From assembly GCA_037137755.1 (NCBI GenBank), contig JBAXJR010000042.1, positions 1 through 19,769 of the forward strand: DNA of 19,769 nt, read 5' to 3'. Each line of letters starts with the position of its first letter. Position 1 is the first letter of the stretch. Both the position numbers and the translations under genes were made by a program. Source of the DNA: Methanomicrobiales archaeon. GTDB lineage: Archaea > Halobacteriota > Methanomicrobia > Methanomicrobiales > Methanospirillaceae. The notes under the pieces are model-generated. The model was not told where the DNA came from. It searched no databases and saw only the letters and a list, made by a program, of their open reading frames with translations. This document shows positions 1-9,333 of the stretch, piece by piece.

Positions 1-1080
1 TGCAGCCCGGATTATTCGTTCCATACCTGGAGGGCCCCGGGCTCTTCGTTTGTATTCGATGTCCAGGCAGACTCCCACCTCGATGAGCGTGCGAATGAGC
101 AGCTCTACATGAGGACACTTGAAAATGAGCTGTCAGATAAGCCGGATTTCCTCATCGACCTCGGGGACACGTTCATGACCGAGAAACTGCCAGGTAAGGA
201 AACCGGGGCAGTCTTACAGCAGTACCTCCGGCAGCGCACTGATTTATCCATTATCGGCCACTCAGTCCCGCTCTATCTGGTCCTCGGTAACCATGACGGC
301 GAGGCTGGGTATTCAACAGACAACGGCAGAAACACCCTTGCACCGCTTTCCCTCCAGTTCAGGAAACAATATTTCCCCAATCCTGAGCCGGACGGGTTCT
401 ATACGGGAAATTCAGTAAATGATAGCGTCACCGGGAAAAAGCAGGACTACTACGCATGGGAATGGGGTGACGCCCTGTTCGTCGTTCTTGATCCGTATTG
501 GTATACAACAGCAAAACCCGGGGGAACAGCCGACGGGTGGGCATGGACCCTCGGTGAGACCCAGTACCAGTGGCTGGAACAGACACTGCAGAAGAGCAAT
601 GCAACGTACAAGTTTGTCTTCGCACACCAGCTTGTCGGAGGGGACTCACAGGGCAGGGGGGGTACAGAGTTTGCATCCCTTTACGAGTGGGGCGGTAAAA
701 ACCCTGACGGGAGCTGGGGATTTGACCAGCAACGCCCTGGGTGGGGGGTTCCGATTCATCAGCTGCTCGTTGACAATAACGTCACTGCCTTCTTCCATGG
801 TCACGACCATTTCTTTGATAAGCAGGAAATAGATGGCATTGTCTACCAGGAGGTCCCCCAGCCGGCGACAATAAGCCCCTCCGGCGCCAGTCCGGGTGCT
901 GAATACGGGTACGTGAGTGGCGTCAGCCTGGGGAGTCCCGGGCATCTGATAATAACGGTATCTCCAGAATCGGCCCGTGTTGATTATATCAGGTCTCACC
1001 TTCCCGGAGAGAATAAAAGTGGTGAACAAAACGGAGCGGTAGTATATTCCTATTCGCTCACCCCTGAAGTGACCCCCTGA
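1..1080 (+). CDS. Calcineurin-like metallophosphoesterase (purple acid phosphatase-like), 5'-partial
   Basis: The frame is open from base 1 (CSPDYSFHTWRAPGSSFVFDVQADSHLDER...), so the ATG at 109 is internal. The motifs DSH, LGDTF, GNHDGE, FAHQ and GHDH occur in the canonical order. Confidence 0.88.
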   Translation, partial: CSPDYSFHTWRAPGSSFVFDVQADSHLDERANEQLYMRTLENELSDKPDFLIDLGDTFMTEKLPGKETGAVLQQYLRQRTDLSIIGHSVPLYLVLGNHDGEAGYSTDNGRNTLAPLSLQFRKQYFPNPEPDGFYTGNSVNDSVTGKKQDYYAWEWGDALFVVLDPYWYTTAKPGGTADGWAWTLGETQYQWLEQTLQKSNATYKFVFAHQLVGGDSQGRGGTEFASLYEWGGKNPDGSWGFDQQRPGWGVPIHQLLVDNNVTAFFHGHDHFFDKQEIDGIVYQEVPQPATISPSGASPGAEYGYVSGVSLGSPGHLIITVSPESARVDYIRSHLPGENKSGEQNGAVVYSYSLTPEVTP

Positions 1081-1094
1081 GGTGAAAAGACTGG

Positions 1095-1568
1095 ATGGAT
1101 AGAAAAAAAATTGTATTGATCATTCTCATTTCAGTGATCGTTGTAGTTATTGCCAGCTCCATTATACCCATCTTCGTTAAAATCCCGCGTCCTGACCTGG
1201 AACAAAATCCGGTGCGGCCTCCGCAGGCAGACACAATTCCGCAATCAGACCGGCAACCTGCACAACCCCCGCCATCAGTGGGATTAGAAGAGAACAAGCA
1301 GATCAAGACACTGATATCTTTCATCAATATAGGCCTGATACTCCCCCTGTTTGTCATATATGCAGGCATATACCGGAGGATGCGGAGCTCATTCACTCTC
1401 GGCCTTATGGCTGTAATCTTTGCCCTCGGCATGTATGCTGTTATGTCAAACCCCCTGATCGTGAGCATTCTTGGGGGACGAACTGGGGATATCGGGCTGT
1501 TTGAAATTATTCCCGATATCTGTGCAACGGTGGCACTCGTAGTCCTCGTCCGTATCAGCCTCGAATAA
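1095..1568 (+). CDS. Hypothetical integral membrane protein (N-terminal TM, Pro/Gln-rich linker, about 3 C-terminal TM helices)
   Basis: 157 aa ORF with clear hydrophobic segments. An SD-like GAGGTGA at 1079-1085 overlaps the upstream stop codon, so it is probably co-transcribed with the phosphoesterase. Confidence 0.8.
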   Translation: MDRKKIVLIILISVIVVVIASSIIPIFVKIPRPDLEQNPVRPPQADTIPQSDRQPAQPPPSVGLEENKQIKTLISFINIGLILPLFVIYAGIYRRMRSSFTLGLMAVIFALGMYAVMSNPLIVSILGGRTGDIGLFEIIPDICATVALVVLVRISLE

Positions 1569-1780
1569 CCGGTTCATGGGGAACATGATCCAAGGACACC
1601 GGGACCTATGTTGCAATTCGATGAGCCCGACATTCCCGTAAAAATTGGTAAATGCCCCTCATCCTTTTTACCCGATTGGACATCATATCCCTTATTGCCG
1701 GTATCCTGGTGAATCCGGAAAATTTTATGATTTTTTTACTGTTTTGTCTGATATAGTGTATATTCTTTTCATTTTCCCAT

Positions 1781-1845
1781 ATAAACACGGCCCCTTTCCT
1801 ATTCCTGCCCTCCAGCACTGCCAACACCGATCACAAAGGAACCGT
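1781..1845 (+). repeat. Dispersed intergenic repeat family B, copy 1 (65 bp)
   Basis: ATAAACACGGCCCCTTTCCTATTCC...AAAGGAACCGT aligns without gaps to 9269-9333 at 56/65 identity. Confidence 0.85.
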
Positions 1846-2085
1846 ATAATAAAACAGAGAAACGGTGAGGATCAACACCCGGCCCGATGTACTTAATGGG
1901 CGGAGCAGTTGTCAACCCGATAAATTTGACTGCTAACCCTATTTCTAAAAGCCCTGGAAATATTACCGTTTCTTAAGACAAATATAGGAATTAAAATCTT
2001 TGTCTGATTGGGTGGAACATAGCCGCACCGCTAAAGGATTACCGGAACATCCCTTCCGGCACCGTGAACATGCTGCTTATTTTTT

Positions 2086-5000
2086 TTATTGTGTGTCTGA
2101 CCGCTTACGTTCGTTGACGTCAGTAAATACCGCCAGCAAAGATGGACGTCCATCCAGTTCAACATCCGTTGTTTGGATATCCGCGAAAAACAGGCTCCCA
2201 TCATTGCGCCTGACCGGAATGCCTGTTGCATACCAGGATTCTCCCTGTATCATTTTCTCAAATTCAGCTGTGACGTTGGGAAGGTCTTCTGCGGGGTGGA
2301 TATCTGCAAGAGTAAAATTTTGAATCTCATCGCGGCTATAGCCCAGCATCCGCTGGAAGGTTTCATTCGAGAAGATAAAACGTCCTGTTTCCGAATCTGC
2401 CGCGATAATCCCAACCGGCATATGCTCCAATGCCGCCGTTACACGGGATTCTGATTTCTTAAGCGCCTCCTCCATTCGTTTGCGTTCTGTGATGTTGCGG
2501 CTGACACCAATAAACCCGGCAGGGTTCCCGCTCCCATCGTACAGTAATTTGGATACCACCTCGGTCCATACTGAGGATCCATCTTTTCTGGGCTGCTCTA
2601 CTTCAATCACTCCCGGGGGTGAAACGATGCCTGATTTGGCCTCATCCAAGGTTTTTTGAATCGCTTCCTGAACGATAGCCAGCGATCCTCTGGAAACTAC
2701 CTCGTCGAGCGACTGGTGCATTACCTCTTCCGGGGTATATCCCCTGAGCTGAAAGATAGAAGGGCTGACGTAGGTAAAGGAACCATCGAGACCGAGTGTC
2801 CAGATAACATCAGTCGAGTTATCAGCGAGCAGACGATATTTCTCCTCGCTTTCCCTGAGTGCCTCCTCTGCCTGCTTGTATTCTGTGACGTCGATATGGG
2901 TACCAATAGTCTTGCTCGTCAGGTTCCCGTTTTTGTCCCGGAGCGTTCTCCCGCGTGACCTGATCCATACCCAGTGACCGTCAGCATGCTTAATCCGGAA
3001 ATGGTTCTCATATATCCCGACGGAACCGGTCCCGAGGTATTCCGCAAATTGCCGTTTCGCCCGTTCCCGGTCGTCCGGGTGCAAAAAATCAATCCAGGTC
3101 GCATTGAGTGTTGTTGTTTCGGCCTGGTTATACTGGCTGGGATCGCGCCCGATCATGGCAAAATATTCAGAGCTGCACCAGGACTCACCTGTATCAGCAT
3201 GGTATTCCCATTCCCCGGTATTGGAAACGGCCACAAACGCTTTGTACCGCTCTATTGCGGCCCTGGTCTCTTCTTCCGCCTGCTTTTGCACGGTGATGTC
3301 CCGTAAGATCCCTTCAACCCCGGCATAGTGACCATCGACATCGAAATAGAGATGACTGCTGATTGCAGCATGGACTGGAGAACCGTCCTTTCGTTTCAGG
3401 GTAACTTCCATATTGGAAACCAACTGGTCAGTTTTCAGAACAGCCAGAACGGGATCCCTCTGTGAAGGGTCCAGGTAAAAGTCAGTAATGGGTTTACCAA
3501 CCATCTCTTCAGTCCCCGCGTATCCGAACATTTTTGCTCCGGATGGGCTCATCAGGATGAGGTTTCCATTGGCATCGCTGCGATAAAATACGTCCTGGAT
3601 ATTCTCAAGGATGCTGTGGTAGTCCTTTTCGACAATCTCGCGGTAACATTCCTCGCTCTTACGGAGTGCCTCTTCAGCCCGTTTGTGTTCGGTGATGTCC
3701 CGTGCAATTCCCAATACCTGTTCAAGATCGTTATCGGAATTGAAAATTGGGACTAGCTGGGTATTAAACCAGACCTGTCCGTTTGGGACCGGGATAACCA
3801 TCTCAACGGTAACCGGTTGACGGGTCGTAATAACCTGCTGAATATACATATTCTGCAGTTCGGCAACGGGAGGCGGAAAAACCTGGTTAATATTGCTCCC
3901 CACAACATCCTTCGGACTGATCCCAAAAAAAGTTACCATGGCAGGATTTACGTATGTTATCGTTCCCGTCCTGGTAACGATGAAAATAATATCTTTTGCC
4001 GCCTCTGACAGGATGCGGTACTTCTCCTCGCTCTCCCTCTGTGCCTTCTCAGCCCGTTTCCGTTCGCTCAGGTCGAAGTGAGTCCCGACAATCCGGATGA
4101 TTGGGCCTTCCGGCTCGTTGCGGGCGGGGAATCCACGGGAGAGAATATCAACATAATGCCCGTCCTTGTGCCGCATGCGGAATTCCATCACGTAGTCCCT
4201 TTTCCCATCCAGGACCTCCTTCACCACCTGCATCGCCCGTGGGAGATCGTCCGGATGCATCAACCGCTTCCACGCACTGACGTGAGGCTCAATTTCGGAT
4301 TCTTCGTATCCCAGCATCGTCTTCCATCGGGTGGAGTAGAAGATTTCGTCTGTCACCAGGTTCCAGTCCCAGATCCCCTCCTCGGTGGCCCGGAACGTGA
4401 GATCCAGGCGCTCTTTGCTCTCCCTGAGTGCATCTTCAGCCCGTTTGCGTTTCGTGATGTCCCTGCCGGTAGCAATAACAGCTGGTCTCCCGTTGTAGGT
4501 GATCACGCGGGCGATCACTTCTGTGGGTATACCAGTACCATCCCTTGCCCTTTGAACCGTTTCAAACACGGCAAACCCGGACTCTTCAATCTGCCTGGCG
4601 CGTTCTTGAACGGTTGCGCCGTATTCGGGTGCAACAATGTCCACGGGACTCACCCCCAGGAGTTCTTCACGTGAATACCCAAGTGTCCTGCAAATTACGT
4701 CATTGGCTTCGATAATCCCGCCCTGCATGTCATGAATCGTGATTGCGTCGGTGGCGTTATTGAAGAAGTCGCGGAACTTTTCCTCGCTCTCCCTGAGTGC
4801 CGCTTCCATCTGCTTCCGTCCGGTGATGTCAATATAACTGCTCCGGTTCACCGTTTTATTGGAAGTTCGCATCTGGATAAGGCGCACTTCGAGGATGCGG
4901 TCTTCACCCCTGGCATTCCGGATACGGCGTTCAAATATGAGTTCTTCTCCCGATGATACATGTTTCCGGTGTTCAGTCACGGATTCATGTACCGGTAGTC

Positions 5001-6078
5001 CGTCAGGCTGGTCCGGAAGGTAGAACTGCTGGGGGCCGGAGTCAAGAAGCTCCTGGCGGCTGCAACCGAATAATTCTTCGGCTTTCGCATTCGCATCGAT
5101 ATACCGTTCCAGGTTTACATCGAACAGGAGGATTGCCTCGGGTGCTTTCTCGATTAATGTCCGGAAGACCTCTTCGCTTTCCTGCAATGCAGATTCGATC
5201 TGTTTACGGGTCTCGATCTCCTGTTGTAATTGCAGGTTCGTCGCATTCAGGTCAGCAGTCCGCTGCGTGACACGTCCTTCCAGGCCCTCATATGCCAATT
5301 TAAGTGCATTTTCAGCAGCTTTACGCTCGGTGATATCGGTCAGGAAATTCAGTGTGGCGGGGTGACCATCCCAGTCTATCACAACAGCGCTGATCTCGAC
5401 CCACCTGATATCCCCATTTTTTGGTGTAACCCGGAACGCGTAGCGGGTGGGAAGTTCCCCGCCTTTCATCCGCACCTGGAACCGTTCCATCACCATAGCC
5501 TGGTCATCCGGGTGAATAACTTCAGTAAACGGCATGGACAGGAGTTCCTGCACTGAATATCCGGTCATTTCGGTCGTTTGATGGTTGACCAGCTTCAGCA
5601 TCCCGTCCTGTGCGACGACAATCGTTTCATTTGCGTGTTCGATCAGGTGCCGGTATTTCTCTTCACTTTTCTTAAGTGCCTCACCAGACTTTTTATTGGA
5701 TACCGCGATCCGGACCTTATGGGTCAGCTCGGCAAACTGCGATGTTGGATCCCCGCCTTTCTGGAGGTAAAAATCAGCCCCTTCGTTTAAGGCCTGGATG
5801 ACGACCTCTTCCCGGCCCTTCCCGGTGAACAGGACAAACGGGATGGTATTGCCTGAACTCCTTACCACCTTCAAAAATGCGATCCCGTCCATTCCGGGCA
5901 TCTGGTAATCTGATATAATGGCATCAAATTGTTCAGATTTCAGGAGATCTAATGCAGTAGCTGCCGAATCAATGGTCACTACAGAAAAATTCCCGGACAT
6001 CTCAAGGAACATCTTGCCAATTTCAAGAAGGCCGGGTTCGTCATCTACGTAGAGGACGCGGAGTGTGCCTGCCATCAT
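2086..6078 (-). CDS. Response regulator receiver + nine tandem PAS/PAC domains, no kinase or output domain
   Basis: N-terminal REC (LYVDDEP...IISDYQMPGMDG...FTGKG...YLQK), then nine PAS units each ending in a DIT(E)RK-like PAC motif with ALRESEEK linkers. It ends at DVNERKRSDTQ with no HisKA/HATPase. Its ATG overlaps the upstream stop codon. Confidence 0.9.
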   Translation of the reverse strand: MMAGTLRVLYVDDEPGLLEIGKMFLEMSGNFSVVTIDSAATALDLLKSEQFDAIISDYQMPGMDGIAFLKVVRSSGNTIPFVLFTGKGREEVVIQALNEGADFYLQKGGDPTSQFAELTHKVRIAVSNKKSGEALKKSEEKYRHLIEHANETIVVAQDGMLKLVNHQTTEMTGYSVQELLSMPFTEVIHPDDQAMVMERFQVRMKGGELPTRYAFRVTPKNGDIRWVEISAVVIDWDGHPATLNFLTDITERKAAENALKLAYEGLEGRVTQRTADLNATNLQLQQEIETRKQIESALQESEEVFRTLIEKAPEAILLFDVNLERYIDANAKAEELFGCSRQELLDSGPQQFYLPDQPDGLPVHESVTEHRKHVSSGEELIFERRIRNARGEDRILEVRLIQMRTSNKTVNRSSYIDITGRKQMEAALRESEEKFRDFFNNATDAITIHDMQGGIIEANDVICRTLGYSREELLGVSPVDIVAPEYGATVQERARQIEESGFAVFETVQRARDGTGIPTEVIARVITYNGRPAVIATGRDITKRKRAEDALRESKERLDLTFRATEEGIWDWNLVTDEIFYSTRWKTMLGYEESEIEPHVSAWKRLMHPDDLPRAMQVVKEVLDGKRDYVMEFRMRHKDGHYVDILSRGFPARNEPEGPIIRIVGTHFDLSERKRAEKAQRESEEKYRILSEAAKDIIFIVTRTGTITYVNPAMVTFFGISPKDVVGSNINQVFPPPVAELQNMYIQQVITTRQPVTVEMVIPVPNGQVWFNTQLVPIFNSDNDLEQVLGIARDITEHKRAEEALRKSEECYREIVEKDYHSILENIQDVFYRSDANGNLILMSPSGAKMFGYAGTEEMVGKPITDFYLDPSQRDPVLAVLKTDQLVSNMEVTLKRKDGSPVHAAISSHLYFDVDGHYAGVEGILRDITVQKQAEEETRAAIERYKAFVAVSNTGEWEYHADTGESWCSSEYFAMIGRDPSQYNQAETTTLNATWIDFLHPDDRERAKRQFAEYLGTGSVGIYENHFRIKHADGHWVWIRSRGRTLRDKNGNLTSKTIGTHIDVTEYKQAEEALRESEEKYRLLADNSTDVIWTLGLDGSFTYVSPSIFQLRGYTPEEVMHQSLDEVVSRGSLAIVQEAIQKTLDEAKSGIVSPPGVIEVEQPRKDGSSVWTEVVSKLLYDGSGNPAGFIGVSRNITERKRMEEALKKSESRVTAALEHMPVGIIAADSETGRFIFSNETFQRMLGYSRDEIQNFTLADIHPAEDLPNVTAEFEKMIQGESWYATGIPVRRNDGSLFFADIQTTDVELDGRPSLLAVFTDVNERKRSDTQ

Positions 6079-8663
6079 TCACCGTTCCCGGCTCTACGCC
6101 ATGCACCATCCGGCACCGTCATCTCGAACCGTGCCCCCTTCCCCTGCTCGCCCGTTTCAATAATGGTGATACCGGTGATGTCGAGGATCTCCCGGGCAAG
6201 GGCTAAACCAAGCCCGGTGTTTTTCCCATACCCACGCTCGAATATCTTTTCCTTCTCCTCTGCAGGGATACCGTCTCCATCGTCTTCGCAAACGAGGACC
6301 TTATCATCACCTCGTTTCTCTGCTGAGAACCGGATGGTCGTGATCTTCCCACCGTGCTGGACAGCGTTATCAATCAGGTTGTAACAGACCTTAACAATCA
6401 GCGGATCTGCGAACACTTCAATGCCGGCAGGGAGACTGTTTTTCACTGCTACCTTTCCAAGCGGGGCTTGTTTTGTTGCTATATCTACAAGTGTACGGCA
6501 GTCCTGCCAGGTAGGTGTTGTAACCCCAATGCTCTCATATTCCTTGGTGAACCTGATCATGGCAGAGATCCGCTCTGCTGAAGCGTCAATCTTCATGAAA
6601 TAGTCTTTAAACGAGGAATCGGGTAGATTTTTTTTAAGTATAGAGAAATACCCCCTCAACACCGTAAGTTGGTTGTTGATATCATGCCGGGTGATACTGT
6701 AGAGGAGGTTGAGCTTGCGGTTTGCCCTATTAAGGGTTTCTTCTGCCCGTTTGCGTTCGGTTATATCCCTTGCTGCGGCAAAGACACCCTGTACCGCTCC
6801 GGATTCATGGCGATAGATTGTTGCATTATACAGGACGGATGTTGTTTTTCCATCCCGGTGCCGGATCTCAAGCGGGTAATCCCGCACAACACCGTCATCA
6901 AATACCTTACTATAGCCTTCCTTGGCTTTCTCCGGTTCTGTGAAATAGTCCGAGAAATCAGTCCCGATCAGTTCTTCCCTTGAGTACCCGGTTACCTTTT
7001 CGGTTGCCACGTTGACGTCCGTTATCTTTCCTTCAGGAGATATGGTGACAAGCGGGTCAAGGCTGACTTCGATCAGATTGCGGGTATACCGGGCAGATTC
7101 ATGGAGTGCCTCTTCTACCCGTTTACGTTCGGTGATGTCCCAGAAAACACCAAGCAGGCCTACGATTTCTCCATCCCTGCCTCTCACCGCGGTCTTGATC
7201 GTGTGTACCCAGGTCTCTTTTCCTTCCAGGAGATACCGCTCTTCAAACTCCTCAGTCTTCCCTGTTTTGAATATCCTGACATCGCCTTCCAGGTACTTGG
7301 CAGCAAGCTGAGCCGGGAATAAATCTGCATCCGATTTGCCCATGATATCTTCAGGCCGGATGCCGAGATCCCGGGCGAAATTTTCGTTGATCGTGACATA
7401 ACGGGAATGTAAGCCTTTTGTAAAGATCTTTTGCGGGAGGTTCTCTACAAGGGTCCGGTACCTGTCTTCACTTAACTGTAATGAATGGAGATAGGCGTCC
7501 CGTTCCGTCGCCGTCCTGACAAGTTCAAGATTACTGTAACTGAGCAGGGAAATGAAACCCGTAATTTTCACAAGGTAGTCCATCAGCTCGTTTACTTTTT
7601 CCCTGCTGAACCGGGGTACACGGTGAAAAGCGGCCAGGTACTCGTCCCGGTCAAAACTATATTTTTTGGCCTGTACAATGAAAACAGATTCCGGTGCGAC
7701 CTCATCTTCGTAGAAAAACTGGCCCGTGAAGATGTTGCCCATATGCCTGTTACCGATATAGAGCGGGGTAACGACATCCCAAAGATTGTTCCTGCATTTA
7801 TAGGCGACATACTCACCCTGCCTTAAATTTTTTGCAAGGTGGAGATCACTCTCGGTACAGAACCCTGCCGTGACGGGGTTGACCCGGTGGAACCTGGTAC
7901 AGATATCCTGCCAGCCGGTAGCCACGAGTACATTTCCCTTCGTGTCGAGGACCGCCGTTCCCATGCCGGTTATTTTTGAAAAGTTTTCCAGGAGTGATTG
8001 AAGTTGTTGCGTTTCTATAATATCCCCAAGTTCCAGTGTATCAATGTCCCCTCCGGGTTCAAGGAGACTCTCCAGTTTCAGCCTGACACGCTCCCCTGTA
8101 GCAGTCAGCTCCCTGTTGGCTGCTTCCAGTTCCTCACGTTTCTCGTGAAGTTCCTCTTCAGCCTGCTTGCGCTTATAAATTTCATTCTCCAAATCGTGGA
8201 ATTTTTTTTCAAGTTTATGGAATAATACTGCATTATACTGGCGCAGGAGCTCCATTTCATCTACCGGGGCTTGGGCTGCATTACTCTTTTGTTGTGCCTC
8301 CTGCAGTACTTCCTGTACTACCCGGAAAAGAACATCGGGCTTTTGTGGCTTGATAAGAAAACGCTCTGCACCAAGGGCCATCGCCAGTTTTTCTGCATTT
8401 GGTTCGATATAGGTGGCCGTGTAGAATATAAACGGGATATACTTCAGCTGCTCATCTGCTTTCCAATGCCGGCAAAGTTCAAACCCGTCCATGATCGGCA
8501 TAAGTGTGTCGGAAATAACCAGGTCCGGCGGATTTTTAACTGCGGTCTCTAGTGCTTCTGCACCATTTGTGGTTGAAACCACCTCATACCGGTACCCTGC
8601 CAGGATCGACTCCAGCAGGCGCAGGATTTCCGGATTATCGTCCGCGATAAGGATTGTTGTCAT
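6075..8663 (-). CDS. Hybrid sensor histidine kinase: REC - coiled coil - PocR-type sensor - PAS - PAS - HisKA - HATPase
   Basis: REC (IADDN...ISDTLMP...YTAT...IKP). PocR-like segment (GWQDICTRFHR...CTESD...YKCRNNLWDVVTPL...GQFF). Two PAS domains. H-box ITRHDINNQL, N-box NLIDNAVQHG, G1 DDGDGI, F/G2 IFERGYGKNTGLGL. Confidence 0.92.
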   Translation of the reverse strand: MTTILIADDNPEILRLLESILAGYRYEVVSTTNGAEALETAVKNPPDLVISDTLMPIMDGFELCRHWKADEQLKYIPFIFYTATYIEPNAEKLAMALGAERFLIKPQKPDVLFRVVQEVLQEAQQKSNAAQAPVDEMELLRQYNAVLFHKLEKKFHDLENEIYKRKQAEEELHEKREELEAANRELTATGERVRLKLESLLEPGGDIDTLELGDIIETQQLQSLLENFSKITGMGTAVLDTKGNVLVATGWQDICTRFHRVNPVTAGFCTESDLHLAKNLRQGEYVAYKCRNNLWDVVTPLYIGNRHMGNIFTGQFFYEDEVAPESVFIVQAKKYSFDRDEYLAAFHRVPRFSREKVNELMDYLVKITGFISLLSYSNLELVRTATERDAYLHSLQLSEDRYRTLVENLPQKIFTKGLHSRYVTINENFARDLGIRPEDIMGKSDADLFPAQLAAKYLEGDVRIFKTGKTEEFEERYLLEGKETWVHTIKTAVRGRDGEIVGLLGVFWDITERKRVEEALHESARYTRNLIEVSLDPLVTISPEGKITDVNVATEKVTGYSREELIGTDFSDYFTEPEKAKEGYSKVFDDGVVRDYPLEIRHRDGKTTSVLYNATIYRHESGAVQGVFAAARDITERKRAEETLNRANRKLNLLYSITRHDINNQLTVLRGYFSILKKNLPDSSFKDYFMKIDASAERISAMIRFTKEYESIGVTTPTWQDCRTLVDIATKQAPLGKVAVKNSLPAGIEVFADPLIVKVCYNLIDNAVQHGGKITTIRFSAEKRGDDKVLVCEDDGDGIPAEEKEKIFERGYGKNTGLGLALAREILDITGITIIETGEQGKGARFEMTVPDGAWRRAGNGE

Positions 8664-8935
8664 TTGATTCCCAAACCCGGTGACAGGTGCCGGTATTCAT
8701 TACCCTGTTCTATTGAGCTCGGTTCTGTTAGTAAAAATTCGTTACTGTCTATTCCAGGTGTCGGGAAATCGGAGATGATAGCATCAAATTGTTCAGATTC
8801 CAGGAGGTCTAATGCAGCAGCTGCCGAATCAATGGTCCCTACAGAAAAATCACCGGTAAGTTCGAGGAACATCTTACCAATCTCAAGCAGGCCTGGTTCG
8901 TCATCTACGTAGAGGATCGTGAGCTTACCTGGCAT
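8660..8935 (-). pseudogene. Truncated (half) receiver domain, paralog of the REC at 6078; intact 91-aa ORF
   Basis: The first ~56 aa nearly match the REC of the 1330-aa protein (DNA 8781-8935 vs 5921-6075 = 132/155). The ORF then diverges and stops, lacking beta4-Thr and beta5-Lys. It has a GGAGGAGG SD and an ATGA overlap with the kinase start. Confidence 0.7.
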
Positions 8936-8969
8936 GATGTATTCTTCCTCCTCCCACGCTATTCCCCCG

Positions 8970-9071
8970 TTACTCCATTATCCCGGACTGTGGCCCTTCC
9001 CGGGACCTTTCCCATATTTCAATGGCGATTATCTGCCCATCTTCCACAACCGGAATCGTCCCCGGTTCCAT
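8970..9071 (-). pseudogene. 33-aa degenerate receiver N-terminal fragment (MEPGTIPVVEDGQIIAIEIWERSREGPQSGIME)
   Basis: Translated by hand; it is not in the ORF track. It resembles the beta1-alpha1 start of archaeal receivers (ILVVEDE.IIA.EI..RL) and is in the same orientation as the operon. Confidence 0.55.
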
Positions 9072-9139
9072 CGGTCGTTCGGCTCAATTATTTTCAATAG
9101 GAAATTGACATTGATCTCTGTTATGATTAAGTATTCGAT

Positions 9140-9183
9140 GCAATAATTGAAAAAAACGGTATGGGTATTTTCAATGATTGAAA
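9140..9183. promoter_or_regulatory. Two palindromic CAAT-N-ATTG boxes (putative transcription-factor sites) upstream of the signalling operon
   Basis: CAATAATTG at 9141-9149 and the perfect palindrome TTTCAATGATTGAAA at 9169-9183. An AT-rich TATA-like stretch lies at 9121-9130 on the minus strand. Confidence 0.4.
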
Positions 9184-9268
9184 CAATCCAAGCTGATTAC
9201 CCGAAAACGTAGGGATAAAGCCCTTTTTAATCAGTATGCCTAAAAACGGTTTGTTTTTTCACTCCCCC

Positions 9269-9333
9269 ATAAATACGGCCCCTTTCCTGTTCCGACCTTC
9301 CAGCACCGCCAAAACCGATCGTAAAGGAACCGT
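9269..9333 (+). repeat. Dispersed intergenic repeat family B, copy 2 (65 bp)
   Basis: 56/65 identical to 1781-1845, same orientation. Confidence 0.85.

Noticed and set aside
1606-1896. ORFs 1606-1827 (-) and 1645-1896 (+), and likewise 9240-9446, 9540-9728 and 10199-10426
   Set aside because: They are short, run through the non-coding repeats and AT-rich DNA, and lack protein-like motifs.
2042-2059. Hairpin CCGGAA-CATCCC-TTCCGG downstream of the REC-PAS gene as a terminator
   Set aside because: Only a 6-bp stem with no adjacent U-tract on the transcribed strand; insufficient support.
2840-4802. Recurring DNA such as TTCCTCGCTCTCCCTGAGTGC inside the PAS gene
   Set aside because: Explained by repeated ALRESEEK inter-PAS linkers. 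There is no reverse transcriptase or adenine-specific mismatch pattern to suggest a DGR.
2173-8912. Many plus-strand ORFs of 60-198 aa antisense to the PAS/kinase genes
   Set aside because: Shadow ORFs opposite long, motif-rich genes with no recognisable domains.
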